A stretch of 64,000 nucleotides of DNA from Chrysomallon squamiferum (taxonomy: Eukaryota > Animalia > Mollusca), in assembly GCA_012295275.1 (NCBI GenBank), contig CM022672.1:15066001-15130000 (forward strand), in the 5' to 3' direction. Position 1 is the stretch's first letter. Every line of letters starts with the position of its first letter. Below are positions 63,729 to 64,000 of this stretch, one piece after another. Under the pieces are notes generated by a model. The model saw only the letters and a program-made list of their open reading frames with translations, was not told the origin of the DNA and made no database searches. The position numbers and the translations under genes were made by a program.

Positions 63729-64000
63729 TACATGTGTGAATTAAATTTAGTTGCTGCTGGATTTTCTGGCCTGGGATCATGTTTGGCTGGGACAGTGTGT
63801 TTGCATGACCAGGTTTGTAAAACTTTGCTGGTAGGCTAAAAACATCAGATCCCAACTGCCACAGCATACTTGGTCTGTCACACTGTTTGAGTCGGAAGTT
63901 TGAAAAATTGTTGCAGGAATTTTTCAGCTTTGCCTGTGATGTTTTTAAAATGTTACAAGAACTTCTTGTCCCTGCTCTGTCAACTCAGCTCTGAATGTCC

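Overview
AT-rich, intron-containing animal genomic DNA. It looks molluscan, probably gastropod (inferred from protein similarity and repeat style, not verified). Gene order: (1) two tandem Hedgehog-related Hog (Hint) genes on +. Copy 1 lacks its 5' exons, which lie outside the window. Copy 2 is complete: signal peptide + ~28-aa peptide + Hint + divergent sterol-recognition-like tail. (2) A LINE remnant. (3) CCT7/TCP-1 eta (12 coding exons, -), head-to-head with (4) a 3-exon gene encoding a full-length BTB + NPH3 + coiled-coil protein of the normally plant-type NPH3/RPT2-like (NRL) family. (5) PRC1/Ase1/MAP65 (+, ~13 exons), whose 5.7-kb second intron holds nested LINE, Gypsy and DNA-transposon debris, plus a candidate stop-containing cassette exon. 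(6) A PNRC gene (-) with a single coding exon. (7) The promoter and first coding exon of an unidentified + gene, followed by >14 kb of apparent intron containing a MULE with TIRs and an 8-bp TSD. The two most striking items are the animal NPH3-family gene and the secreted mini-peptide Hog genes with non-canonical catalytic residues. All exon models were built by eye from splice signals and reading-frame continuity.
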